Shown piece by piece: positions 13,072-23,869 of a stretch of DNA of 64,000 nucleotides. The stretch lies in contig MU008171.1 of NCBI GenBank assembly GCA_010909165.1, positions 1,116,001-1,180,000 of the forward strand, given 5' to 3'. Both the position numbers and the translations under genes were made by a program. The stretch is from Anthoceros angustus. Taxonomy: Eukaryota > Plantae > Anthocerotophyta. How positions within the stretch are numbered: the stretch's first letter is position 1; each line of letters opens with the position of its first letter. The notes under the pieces were generated by a model. It was not told the origin of the DNA. It was given only the letters and a program-made list of their open reading frames with translations, and did no database searches.

Positions 13072-14440
13072 TAAACCTTACCCTATTTCGTTTTTTATGC
13101 TTTCCGCCTGACTCTGGCCTTTAACAGTGAGCGTTGTTCATTGTGCAAAACACGATATCTTGTGAAGGGGGTGAATATTCACGAAGGGGTTTTCGAAAAT
13201 ATCTCTGAAGGGGTTTGACATGGGTCTTGAACTCGTGGTTTTAGAGGTATGAATGAATATAAGGCGAAAAGAAGGGTGGAAATTCCTTTGAACCGGTGAT
13301 ACAAGGTCCATTTCATGCCGGTGAAGGGGTTATGGTGCAAGAGGTAACCCTATTTGGGGTGCATTTAAGACCCATGACAAGGGCCATTCTTTGGGTCCTT
13401 GGTCTTTCTCGCACAACAACCCTAAAGATTCGTAAAAAGCACGGTGATCAAAATTGGATGAGGCGAACCGATGGCGGGAGCAAAGCATGTCGAGGAGTAG
13501 GGGCGGCCGGCGCCTTCCTCATTGCGATGATGCCTTGCGAAGGCGAGTAGCAGCCCATAGCGGGATGTGTGTACAAAAGACTTTGGGTGTGGGTGGGTGG
13601 GTGGCTTCGCACACCCTCAATTGTGCCCAAATATAATCACATGGTTCGATCCACAGTGCAATCGATGAATGAAGAAAAGTGTGGGCAACGGTTCCCAACA
13701 TATCGCATAGAAAAACATGCCGCATGGCTCATCGTGTGTTGCACTGTTAGTATGCCGCAATGCCGAGCGCAACTACCACCACACTCCCACATGTCCTTCC
13801 GCATGTAATGGAAAAAGGCTTGAACATTGGAAGTTATTAAGCATGGGAAGTCTACAAGGGCACACAGAGAACAGCCACAACCAAATTCCTATCATGGGCC
13901 TAGACTCTTTGAAATATGTCTGCGCTTGGAAATGTGCACTCAAACTACGATTGAGCTTCACGCATAACCTCACCAATTGCCCGTTGAAGATGACCTAACA
14001 TTGAGGGTTTCCTACTCTTCGCGGACTCCACGCCATCATCTTCGTTGGGCACGACATCATGACCATCATCTTCACTATCCTCGGTGGCACTTTGACTCAT
14101 TGGTTGAATAAAGCCTCGCAATTCAATTAAGTTATTCTTGATTGCCTTCTTATCCACAGCGTACAAATGTTTCCGCCGTCAAGTTGAACTCATAATAGAG
14201 GATGACCGTTTGGTGAACAAAAACCTCTACTTACACGACAGTCTATTTCTACGACAGTCTCAAAGTAATGCTATGCTTCACGTTTTGGTGGGTACCTGAA
14301 CATGCCCATATATTCTTCGAGAACGAAGCTGCACATAGTACAGTACGAATGAATGAATGAAAATAGGTCCATAGGTGTTTTTGAAAATGTGTGCAACCAT
14401 GGCATGAGAGGAGTTTCAATATACACATCCATAAAGAAAC

Positions 14441-14556
14441 GGCCGGCCGGCGCCTTCCCAACAAGCCTTGTACATGGGCGCCGGCCGGCGCCTTCTAACA
14501 AGCCTTGTACATGGGCGCCGGCCGGCGCCTTCCCAGCAAGCCTTGTACATGGGCTG
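14441..14556. repeat. 37-38 bp tandem repeat x3 built on the palindrome GGCGCCGGCCGGCGCC
   Basis: The unit is GGCCGGCGCCTTC(C/T)(C)A(A/G)CAAGCCTTGTACATGGGCGCC. A degenerate copy lies at ~16450-16552. Confidence 0.85.
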
Positions 14557-14604
14557 CCATTGATAAAATAAAGAATTAGTGCTTCTCATGTGTTTCAACA
14601 TAGG

Positions 14605-14672
14605 ATAGTTACTCAAGTGGTTTGGAAACAATGTGTGGGTGAGTAGGTCATGGGTTCGAATCCTGTAGAGGC
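14605..14672 (+). promoter_or_regulatory. tRNA-like internal Pol III promoter (A-box/B-box) remnant; second copy at ~16590-16660
   Basis: An A-box-like TACTCAAGTGG (14610-14620) and a perfect B-box GGTTCGAATCC (14653-14663) are 32 nt apart. No convincing acceptor stem or anticodon arm. Confidence 0.35.
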
Positions 14673-17600
14673 ACAAAAAACTTCTTGTTGATTTTATGGG
14701 CGCATGGGCACGGCCATTTAAGGGCGCTAGCATGCCCCTCTATTGAGGCTGACTTGAGGTGTGCAGGATATATTCCACGACGGATCCATGGGTATGAGGT
14801 TTTGCGGATCTTGTGAAGAATTGACATTAGAGGCCCACCGCGGAGGGCTTGCAGTCAGGCAAAGGAGGTGTGTATCAACGAAGGACTCTTTGAAAGCGCG
14901 GTGGTTTCTTTGAATGCTCGTCGGTGAAGACCAAAGCGGGGAGGAGCGAAGACTCAAGGGCTTTGGGCGAGCGATAGCTTTGATGAGCAGGGCTGGGCGG
15001 ATTGAAATTTGGTCATCGTGATGGATTGAGTCCGCTCTAGCACCATGAGTCATGTTAGTCATAGAGAGTAGGTTTACGGTTCAGGCACCTAGATGTGCTT
15101 CTTCTCTGTGTTCGTAATAACTTTTGGACCCGTTGTAGTGAGGCAATTGATGATCTCATTTTCCCCTCTTCCTCAAAAACAAAGCGAAGGCGCCGGCCGG
15201 CCGGCGCCTTCCCTTGGATTTGTTGTCTTTGTGTGTTGGAAACGGGTTTTCATGATAACTACTCGTTGAAAAACAGTCGACCTTTCTTGAAAACGAGGCA
15301 AAACGCATATTTCGGGACTGTGTGGAATGTGCTAAGAGGGTTTCCATGTCACGAAGGGGTTGGATATTCACCCCTTGAAAGATATCGTGTTGCAAGGATC
15401 CGTGATGGGGAATGCATTCATAAGGGCGTTGTGTGCGGAAATCACCCAAGCGATGCGTGCAGAGGAGGTCATGGCGTGGCGCAAGAGCCGAGAAAGTGGA
15501 TGAGGCGAACCGGTGGCGGGAGCAAAGCATGTCGAGGAGTAGGGGCGTGCTGCTCATTGCGATGATGCCTTCTGGCGAGTAGCGAGCCCATAGCGGGATG
15601 TGTGTACAAAAGACTTTGGGTGTGGGTGGGTGGGTGGCCGCACACCCTCAATTGTGCCGCAAATATAATCACATGGTTCGATCCACAGGCGCAATCGATG
15701 AATGAAGAAAAGTGTGGGCAATGGTTCCGCCAACATATCGCATAGAAAAACATGCATGGCTCATCGTGTGTTGCACTGTTAGTATGCCGCAATGCAGCGC
15801 AACTACCACCACACTCCCACATGTCCTTCCGCATGTAATGGAAAAAGGCTTGAACATTGGAAGTTATTAAGCATGGGAAGTCTACAAGGGCACCGGAGAG
15901 CGCCACAACCAAATTCCTATCATGGGCCTAGACTCTTTTCGAAATATGTCTGCGCTTGGAATGTGCACTCCAAACTACGAATTGAGCTTCATAACCTCAC
16001 CAATTGCCGTTGAAGATGACCTAACATTGAGAGGGTTTCCTATTCTTCGCGGACTCCACGCCATCATCTTCGTTGGGCACGACATCATGACCATCATCTT
16101 CACTATCCTCGGTGGCACTTTGACTCATTGGTTGAATAAAGCCTCGCAATTCAATTAAGTTATTCTTGATTGCCTTCTTATCCACAGTACAAATGTTTCC
16201 GTCAAGTTGAACTCATTATAGAGGATGACCGTTTGGTGAACAAAACCTCTACTTACACGACGGTCTATTTCTCTGACGTCTCAAAGTAATGCTATGCTTC
16301 ACGTTTTTTGGGTACTGAACATGCCCATATATTCTTGAGAAGCTGCACATGGTAAATGAATGAATGAATGAAAATAGGTCCATAGGTGTTTTTGAAAATG
16401 TGTGCAACCATGGCATGAGAGGAGTTTCAATATACACATCCATAAAAAGCGCGGCCTCCCCAACAAAACCTTGTACATGGGCGCCGGCCGGCCCTTCTAA
16501 GCCTTGTACATGGGCGCCCCCAGCTTCTAACAAGCCTTGTACATGGGCTGCCATTGATAAAATAGTGCTTCTCATGTGTTTCAACATAGGATAGTTACTC
16601 AAGTGGTTTGGAAACAATGTGTGGGGTGAGTAGGTCATGGGTTCGAATCTGTGAGGCATGAAAAACTTCTTGTTGATTTTATGGGCGCATGGGCACGGCC
16701 ATTTAAGGCGCTAGCATGCCCTCTATTGAGGCGACTTGAGGTGTGCGGATATATTCCACGACGGATCCATGGGTATGAGGTTTTGCGGATCTTGTGAAGA
16801 ATTGACATTAGAGGCCCACCGCGGAGGGCTTGCGCAGGCAAAGGAGGTGTGTATCAACGAGAAGGACTCTTTGAAAGCGCGGTGGTTTCTTTGAATGCTC
16901 GTCGGTGAAGACCAAAGCGGGGAGGAGCGAGACTCAAGGGCTTTGGGCGAGCGATAGCTTTGATGAGCAGGGCTGGAGGCGGATTGAAATTTGGTCATCG
17001 TGATGGATTGAGTCCGCTCTAGCACCGATAGTCCAAGTTAGTCATAGAGAGTAGGTTTCACAGTTACAGTAGGCACCTAGATGTGCTTCTTCTACGTGTT
17101 CGTAATAACTTTTGGACCCGTTGTAGTGAGGCAATTGATGATCTCATTTTCCCTCTTCCTCAAAAACAAAGCGAAGGCGCCGGCCGGCGCCTTCCTTGAT
17201 TTGTTGTCTTTGTGTGTTGGAAACGGGTTTTCATGATAACTACTCGTTGAAAAGCAGTCGACCTTTCTTGAAAGCGAGGCAAAACGCATATTTCGGGATG
17301 TGGAATGTGCTAAGAGGGTTTCCATGTCACGAAGGGGTTGGATATTCACCCCTTGAAAGATATCGTGTTGCAAGGATCTGTGATGGGGAATGCATTCATA
17401 AGGACGTTGTGTGCGGAAATCACCCAAACAGTCGTGCAGCACAGGAGGGTCATGGCGCTGTGGCGCGCAAGAGCCGAGGTGCGGGATGAGGAGGAAGAGA
17501 AGGACAGTGAGAACGAGGAGGGTACTGAGTTTGGCCCGGAGGATGAAGACTATGGCCCGATACCTGATGTCCTCGGACAGTCCGATGAAGAGCATTCAGA

Positions 17601-17886
17601 TGCGCAGCAGGAGGACATGGATGCGGGGGTTTTCATGCCCTATGAAACCCGGCTGAGGGCTCGACGAGGTAGAGGCGCCGGCCGGCCAGCGCCGCCTCAT
17701 CAGCAGCGTCGAGGCCGTCACACGACCCCAAGCGGTTTGGAAGTTGGAGAGGGACCTGGGCGTGTCATGGCACATAGAGGTAGGGATAGGCAGGTAGGAC
17801 CTGGGTGTGATAATGTGTGTGTGTCCAGTGTAAGTGTGTGGGATAAGTGGTGTAGGCACCCTGACTGCATGCATATACTGTAAATG

Positions 17887-18066
17887 TGATGGCGTGAGTG
17901 TAGAGATAGGATGGCATCATGGCTGCATGAGCCATACGCTTAGAATACGGACAAGCATAATTAAGGCTCGTGGCGAAGATCTCCGGCGTGTGCGGGCGTG
18001 ATCACGGCCCTTGAATTCGGGCGGTGATTAAGATCGGCGGTGTAGGCTAAAAGTCGCAATCCGTCA
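17887..18066 (+). mobile_element. Candidate short 5' LTR of the methyltransferase-bearing retroelement
   Basis: TGATGG...CCGTCA near-perfect inverted ends 180 bp apart, followed by T-TGG (PBS-like position) and ~120 bp upstream of the gag frames. I could not match the PBS to a tRNA and there is no second LTR in the window. Confidence 0.25.
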
Positions 18067-18184
18067 TTGGGAGCGGATTGTTGATGTCGATTCAAGAAAC
18101 CATGGATCCAGGCGTTTTGCACTGTGTGTGTGATCCAGCGGTGGTGTGTGCATAGGAGGAGAGCCGCTCCAAATGGAGTGATTT

Positions 18185-21100
18185 TTGCACATCAACAATC
18201 CCCTTGCTGGTGAAGCCACACGAGGCAGCAACGACTCGAAGGGTTCGACAGAGGAGCCAAGATTCGGGCGGAAAACGGAGGACGCTAAAGTCGATGATCC
18301 AAAGACGGTGGACCATACAGATAAGTCCATGGTAGATTGCCGTGAAAGCGCTTTGGACTATTATTCTTTGTTTATGCGAGACCCATTCGAGTGGGCCAAC
18401 TGGCGGGCTGGAGCCGTGATTTGTGGCGCCTGGAATGAGGTGATCGACAAAGCGGCATGGTTGGCGGTGCGCGAGGAGGCCGACACCAACTTTGACGGAA
18501 TGCCTTATATAGTCTCTCGAAGGGGGAGGGATTGACAGCAATGGTGTTGCTACGGTCAGGCTGGATGAACGAAAGCACACCGAAATCGGAAGCATTCAAC
18601 CCTGTTGCACGACCTCCCTCGGTTCCCAGGACAGGTGGTCAGTTTGAGTGGAGTCACACTCCTATCAGATCCATTGATTTTGAAGAGAGTGGTGGTGGCG
18701 CCAGGATGGAGTATGAACCAGCGCCCAGCAAAAATGATGTGTTCACGGGTAGACACGGTAGTATGTCTCTGGCTGATTTTGAAGAGAAATTTAGGTGGGC
18801 GATCGATGAGATGGTGCTCAAATATAAGTCTGAATTCACGCCTGAGATGGCACTTAGAAAGATGAGCACATTTCTGGCTGGTGAAGCTTTAACTTGCTAT
18901 CGTGATAGTAAAGAAAAGATTTTGCAGGATGCTCATACTTCGCTGCGAATGAAACGGGCAAGGAAAGCTGCCAAGGTCGATGATGACAAACCAGGCTCAT
19001 CGGATTCATCCCAATCTGAGGTTATCACTTATCTGGTGGACGAAATGTTCGTCAAGTTTGCTGAGATGTTTCCAGTGGCGTCCATTGAGAAAATCCAGGA
19101 GTTGTCGAAGTTTGTGATCAAACCAAATGAGCCACTAAGATCTGCGTATCTACGACTGCGGCAGCTGGTGAAAGACACCAAGGTGAAAACCATGAGGGAA
19201 GCAGCGCAAATATATATTGCAGCCTTGCCAGGAAGGCAGAGGAGGGTGATCGCCAACTTTCTGCATATGTTACATGGGGCAGACTATGAGTTGGAGCAGC
19301 CTACGAGATGGCGAGAGTTATGAAAGGAGATCATCACCAATGCCTACTGGGAGGAGCACAATGTGGTCAGAGGACATGCCAGTACTTCGAACACCCATAA
19401 GCAGCATGGGAAGTCCCACTATCGCGAGCACGTGCAGGTGAACACTCAACACAGGGATTCGCCGTCAAAGGACCGAATGGCCCACAGTGCTGTGAGCTCC
19501 AAAACGTCTGACAAGTGTTTAAGATGTAAGGGGCCGCACAAGGCGTATGAGTGTGAGCATCGTGTTGGCGGGTCAAAAGAAAAAGAAGCTTGCAGGGCGT
19601 GTGGTAAAACCGGGCACACGGAAGCTGCTTGCTGGCAAGCCCATCCTGAGCTCAAGCCCAAGGGCCTAGGAGATCGAACAATAGACAAGCAGAAAACGGG
19701 TGTGAGTTACACTCGGAAGGCACTGCTGGGTGAGGTACAGCGGCTGCAAGAGCAGTTGGCCATGAGCGTAAGCATAAAGAAGGACACATGTGCGTCGGCA
19801 GAAACATATGATTCGGACGAAGATGTGTTTGCGTTGATGACGGAAGGGTCAAGTCAGATCAAAAGGGGAAGCATTGATTTCGGTAAGGATGTGAAAGTGA
19901 AGACTGGTGGGGGTAGGAACCAGTTGAGAATGCCCAAATCCTTCAGACAGATTCAGGACGAGGACGGCACCACACATCAGGAGGAGGTAGCTCCGAATGC
20001 AGAAATTCTGTTAGAAAAAGCCATGGATGCACCCTTGGTAAGTTTGCGTGACCTGGGAATTCGGGCACAACCGTTCAGACAAGCAATGCGGGCCTGGATT
20101 AAGAAGGAAGCCATTGAATTGAGCACGGTGTTTGGGCTTGTCAGCCTACGTGGTGACCATCTAAAACCAGCAGCCAGGGGGAAAGGTGGCATAGCATTGG
20201 TGAAGAACCAAGAACGAGAGGTCACTGTCAATGGCTTTGCACCGGAGTGTGTGCTAGTAGACAGTGCGGATCCGGTCTTGCCAGAACGGGTGCAAGAGGC
20301 GCTTCAACTGTATGGAGACAAGTTGAAGCCATGTGAGGTACGGATCACTACATCTGCAGGTACCAAAGAACAGGTGATGGGGATGACTCGCGATCCGATG
20401 CGGATAGAGTATAAGCGAGCAATGACGCATGTGGTGGAAGTGCACATGCAGTTTCGGATGCGAAATTATGATGTGTTGTTAGGAGCGGATGCCACGCATG
20501 GACCAGCCATGGGGGTGGATCCGCTGCACTCTGTGGCATTCTATAGGCCAAGATGGCGAGATGGAGATTTCACACATGTTGCCAGAATTCCTCTGGACAT
20601 GAGGAGGCATGGTGAAAGATCAAGAAGTATGCTGGCATTCACGGCGTGCGCAGCCGAAAGTGTTCACCGAGAGGAGGTGTGGGAAGAGACACAGGACCTG
20701 GCACGTCATGAGGTGTCGGAAGAAGGCACCACATCGAATGACATGTATGTGAGCTGTACACCACCCGTGAAGGAAGCTTTGGAAAGAGAGCGTGTTCGAC
20801 AGCAACAGATGCAAGTATGGCAAATCACCGGCAATTGCCCGGAAAGAAGTCTGCCCAAGCGAGCGATCGTAGGAGAGTCGGAGCTACGGATCGGTAACCA
20901 AGTGATTCAATGGCGTGCTCATGAACAAGGAATTCACCTCATGGAGTTGTGTTCAGGAATTAGTAGCGGGCTGGAGTGTGTTTCTACGATGTGGGATTCG
21001 GATACGGAAGTATACGTGTGTAGAGATTGATGAGAAGACTCGGGCGGTGGCCAAATCCAGGATTATCAAGCTACAAAAGATGTATCCGAGCTTGCTGAGC

Positions 21101-21192
21101 ATGGAAGCCGTAAGAGGGTGCCAGACCAGACTTCCCACTGATGTGATGTTGGTAGGAAAAGGGAATAATAGAAAGGATAGGTGATGTAGACT
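18185..21192 (+). mobile_element. Ty3/gypsy-like retrotransposon polyprotein: gag, 2 zinc knuckles, aspartic protease and N-terminal C5 DNA methyltransferase; 3'-truncated and frameshifted
   Basis: Gag core VFTGRHGSMSLADFEEKF...FLAGEALTCY...KPNEPLRSAYLRLRQL (18532-19323). CCHC knuckles CLRCKGPHKAYEC and CRACGKTGHTEAAC. Protease-like CVLVDS(G)AD...YDVLLGAD. MTase motifs start at 20929 (GIHLMELCSGISSGLECV|LRCGIRIRKYTCVEIDEKTRAVAK). No RT, RNase H or integrase follows. Confidence 0.8.
20929..21192 (+). pseudogene. C5 cytosine DNA methyltransferase domain fragment (motifs I-III), fused to the retrotransposon polyprotein
   Basis: Removing one T from TTT at 20981-20983 gives IHLMELCSGISSGLECVLRCGIRIRKYTCVEIDEKTRAVAKSRIIKLQKMYPSLLSMEAVRGCQTRLPTDVMLVG. 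One more shift at ~21160 gives GIIERIGDVD. This matches motif I (ELxSGI, the FxGxG equivalent), motif II (VEID) and motif III (LPxDV). The sequence breaks just before the expected motif IV (PCQ). Confidence 0.75.
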
Positions 21193-21559
21193 GACATCCT
21201 TTAAGGATGATCTTAGGTGAAGTTGCTAGAATAGAATTTACCAAGGACCAGACAGTAGACTTAGATGCAAGGTCTTAAATGCTGGCGGTAGGAAATAATA
21301 GAATATTGGAAAAGGTGACCTGTAGTAGGGTCACCCGAGGGAGGTTGTATGTGGAAGGCCTCCTATAACAAGAGGAGGATTTCACAAAATAAAGTATCAT
21401 GTCTTGCGCTTCCATACTCGCGAGTCCTTTGCCATTACAGAGGAATTTCGTGGTACCGTGAGCCAAGCGGGTAGAGAGGAAGTCGCGGTGGTCGAGTGCT
21501 TGGTGGAGGACTTGCTCGCAAGTGCCTAAACGAGTTGCTCCCCTTGTGAATGGTTGCCG

Positions 21560-22230
21560 TGAAATTGCTTTGCTTTGGGTGTGTGGCAATGCCCGTGGAA
21601 CTTGAGGGTAGACTACGGGAAAGACTCACAGGAGGTTCTCGCTGGGTGTCAAACTCATAGCAACCGCCCAAGGAAGAACTTCTTGGTGGAGGCCGACCCA
21701 GGCGGTTGTCTTGGGAAGGCAAGTCGAAGCCGATAAGCCAGGCGAGGTTAGAATAGGAGGAAGAGGATGAGGAGATGAGTAGAGGAATAGAGTGTAGGCG
21801 TTAGTGGAAGGCCACAGGCAGAGCCTAAGGGACGAATCCCAAATCTGCAAGTAAAAGGGCGCTCCCTGAGTGGAGAAGAGTGGTCTTAGAAGTAGGGACG
21901 AAATTGCGGTGTGGATCAGGGGGTCCCTGGGCGCCCGTGATAGGCTCCTCGCTGCTAAGGCAGGACCTGCAATTGTGTTGTGTCGTTGTAGGTCGGGATT
22001 GGTAGTTTTCTGAGCAAGGCAAGTGCACCGCTGAAGAGGGTGAGTAGAGGGCGCCTTACTCATTTAGAAGGCTGAGAAGGTGTGTCTCTGCAGGTAGCGA
22101 TCGGTTATCACAAGACCTCGAATTTTCACACAAGTCTCATGGGACGAAACCCAACGCGTCTGCGGCATAAGGGATAAGTGTACTGCTAGAGTGGGAGGAT
22201 CTCGGGAGCCCCGGGGTTTTCCCTACCACA
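21560..22230 (-). mobile_element. Diverged relative of the 4999-6024 LTR-like element, in opposite orientation
   Basis: The minus strand starts TGTGGTAGGGAAAACCCCGGGG...CACTTATCCC...TGGGTTTCGTCCCA, versus TGTGGTGGGAGGTTCCCGGG...CACTTATCCC...TGGGTTTCGTTCCA at 4999. Both share a CGCAATT...CTAAGACC block followed by a CT-rich tract. The inner boundary is uncertain. Confidence 0.45.
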
Positions 22231-23395
22231 TCTAGCAATATCAAAACATAAAATTCATTGTAAATTAAACTTAGGGGGAAAAGCTTGGTCTAAAGTTCAT
22301 TGAGCGGAAAGTCTTTAAAAAGATGTAGATACATCTCGAGCAAGAAGTAGAGCAAATAATAAACCATGCTTGGATGAAGATAGTTTGTGTTTGTTAGTTA
22401 TATAGTAAAAGACTGTGATTTGATAGGAGCGCCTTGGAACTCGGCCGAACTTGTTCGGCCCAATGGTACAGGGCCTCTCTGACACCGGCCCGCTGGTCGC
22501 AATAGCAGTTTTGGCTCTATAGAGCATGACTGTTGGGTCTGCGCTGTGTGTCATGTTAGTACTGACTACCTTGGGACCGCAGTGCCCGGCCCCGTCGTCA
22601 TGGTATTTGGACTAGTACAAGGAAAGACAATATGTGAAACGCGCAGCGTCAGCGTCGTTTGCGCGGAGAGACAAGCAGGATAGACGTATCTAATGCTCAA
22701 GTTTGTCTTAACTTTGCAACGCATTTAAAACGCCCTGCCAAACGTGTCTTGTACCACATCTTATTGCCCGTGAAATTGTAGTAGTGAGTGGGGTTCATTT
22801 TAGAACTCTACTCTAAAGTCACCACTTGCCCTTTGCACCCTCTACATTTGCTTGAGCTGTGCTCAATGCTTGGCTGCCCTCCCCCATCACCATGTACGCT
22901 CCCCGAAGGAACAGAGACATCCCAGAAATCCCTTGACCTTGTCCTGCTTGCAAGCCGCAGAATCAGAAGGCCCGCGCCGACATCTGGAGGAAGCATGTCA
23001 TCCATCATGCACGACTACGCACACAGGTGAGGCAACGGGTGTTCGACCACTATTTCCTTCTTCGCTGGCCTTGCTGGAAGCGTGATCACCACCCTGCTCT
23101 ATTGCGATGAACAAATCCGATCTACCAGGATTCTGAAGGTAGGGTGGAAAGGGCTCATCTCCAATCCCACAAATGTCCTCTGCATCGCTGCTATAGCCTG
23201 ACTTGCTGGCCTGGCCATAAGCTCCAACGGTCACAAAAACATCTGCTGGAATGTGGCCGTGTCCTCCACATCGACGTCGGCAAATGGCTCTTCTTCATCC
23301 GCATCAGCAGCTAGGTATAATGGTGGGAGAGGCCGGCTTGATCGAATTAGCTACACAAACACACAATTGGAAGGAAGTGACCATCACAGCCCTAT

Positions 23396-23700
23396 ATGGA
23401 TGCCTGTACCCCTTGTACTGACGGAATAAATCCGTCATGTCACAGGTCCTCAACTTATAGTATATGGCCAGTTCTACTCATAATCCACAATATACCTCCA
23501 GGGGTGGGGACTAAGCGGCATCGGATTCTCATGCCTATAGGGTATTATGATAGCTATCATAATACCCGGCCCGAAACAGATTGGCAACATGGATAGTTTT
23601 TTGGATCCTTTGCCGGAAGAGCTCAGCATTCTGTGGAATGGAACCCCGATGGTTGATCACTCCAAGGCGGTTGGGCACTTTGACTGTGTTTTCAAACCGC
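23396..23700 (+). pseudogene. CACTA/En-Spm transposase (Transposase_21/Tnp2) fragment
   Basis: CTDGINPSCHRSSTYSIWPVLLIIHNIPP and, after a frameshift, IIPGPKQIGNMDSFLDPLPEELSILWNG match the Tnp2 motifs TDGxNP...SxWPVxL...NLPP and IPGP...D..L.PL.EEL..LW. Confidence 0.85.
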
Positions 23701-23869
23701 AGCAACAGTCTGTTCAAGATGTCATCGAGGAGATGAATGCATATGCCATATATGGCTGTCAACCAGGCAATGCAGACGGTCATGTATGTGGCGTACTGCC
23801 TCCTCCGCTTCCTGCCACTCCGTCGGCAGAGGCAAGGGCACGGGCGCGGTCCTGGGCGCTGCGTTGGTA

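Larger units (their letters stand above)
13149..15391. mobile_element. Non-autonomous Sola-like DNA transposon (~2.24 kb) with ~31-bp imperfect TIRs and a GCAA target-site duplication
   Basis: The left end is GCAA|AACACGATATCTTGTGAAGGGGGTGAATATTCA (TSD 13145-13148). The right end is TGGATATTCACCCCTTGAAAGATATCGTGTT|GCAA (TSD 15392-15395). It carries a relic of the transposase C-terminus (YAVDKKAIKNNLIELRGFIQPMSQS, 13945-14166, -) homologous to 8153-8330. Confidence 0.8.
13457..17490. repeat. Tandem duplication of a ~2.0 kb unit (13457-15496; 15497-~17490) that includes the right TIR, TSD and flank
   Basis: Both copies start TGGATGAGGCGAACC. The second right TIR plus GCAA lies at 17341-17373. 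The junction has GGATGAGG microhomology, and the copies differ mainly by small indels. Confidence 0.88.

Noticed and set aside
14600-14675. Functional tRNA gene
   Set aside because: Only the A/B boxes and a weak T-arm are present; I could not form an acceptor stem or anticodon arm.
22610-22786. Small non-autonomous CACTA (GACTAGTACAA ... TTGTAGTAGTG)
   Set aside because: The left end lacks the initial C and the 3-bp flanks (TTG versus AGT) do not match. Only the right terminus-like motif is credible.
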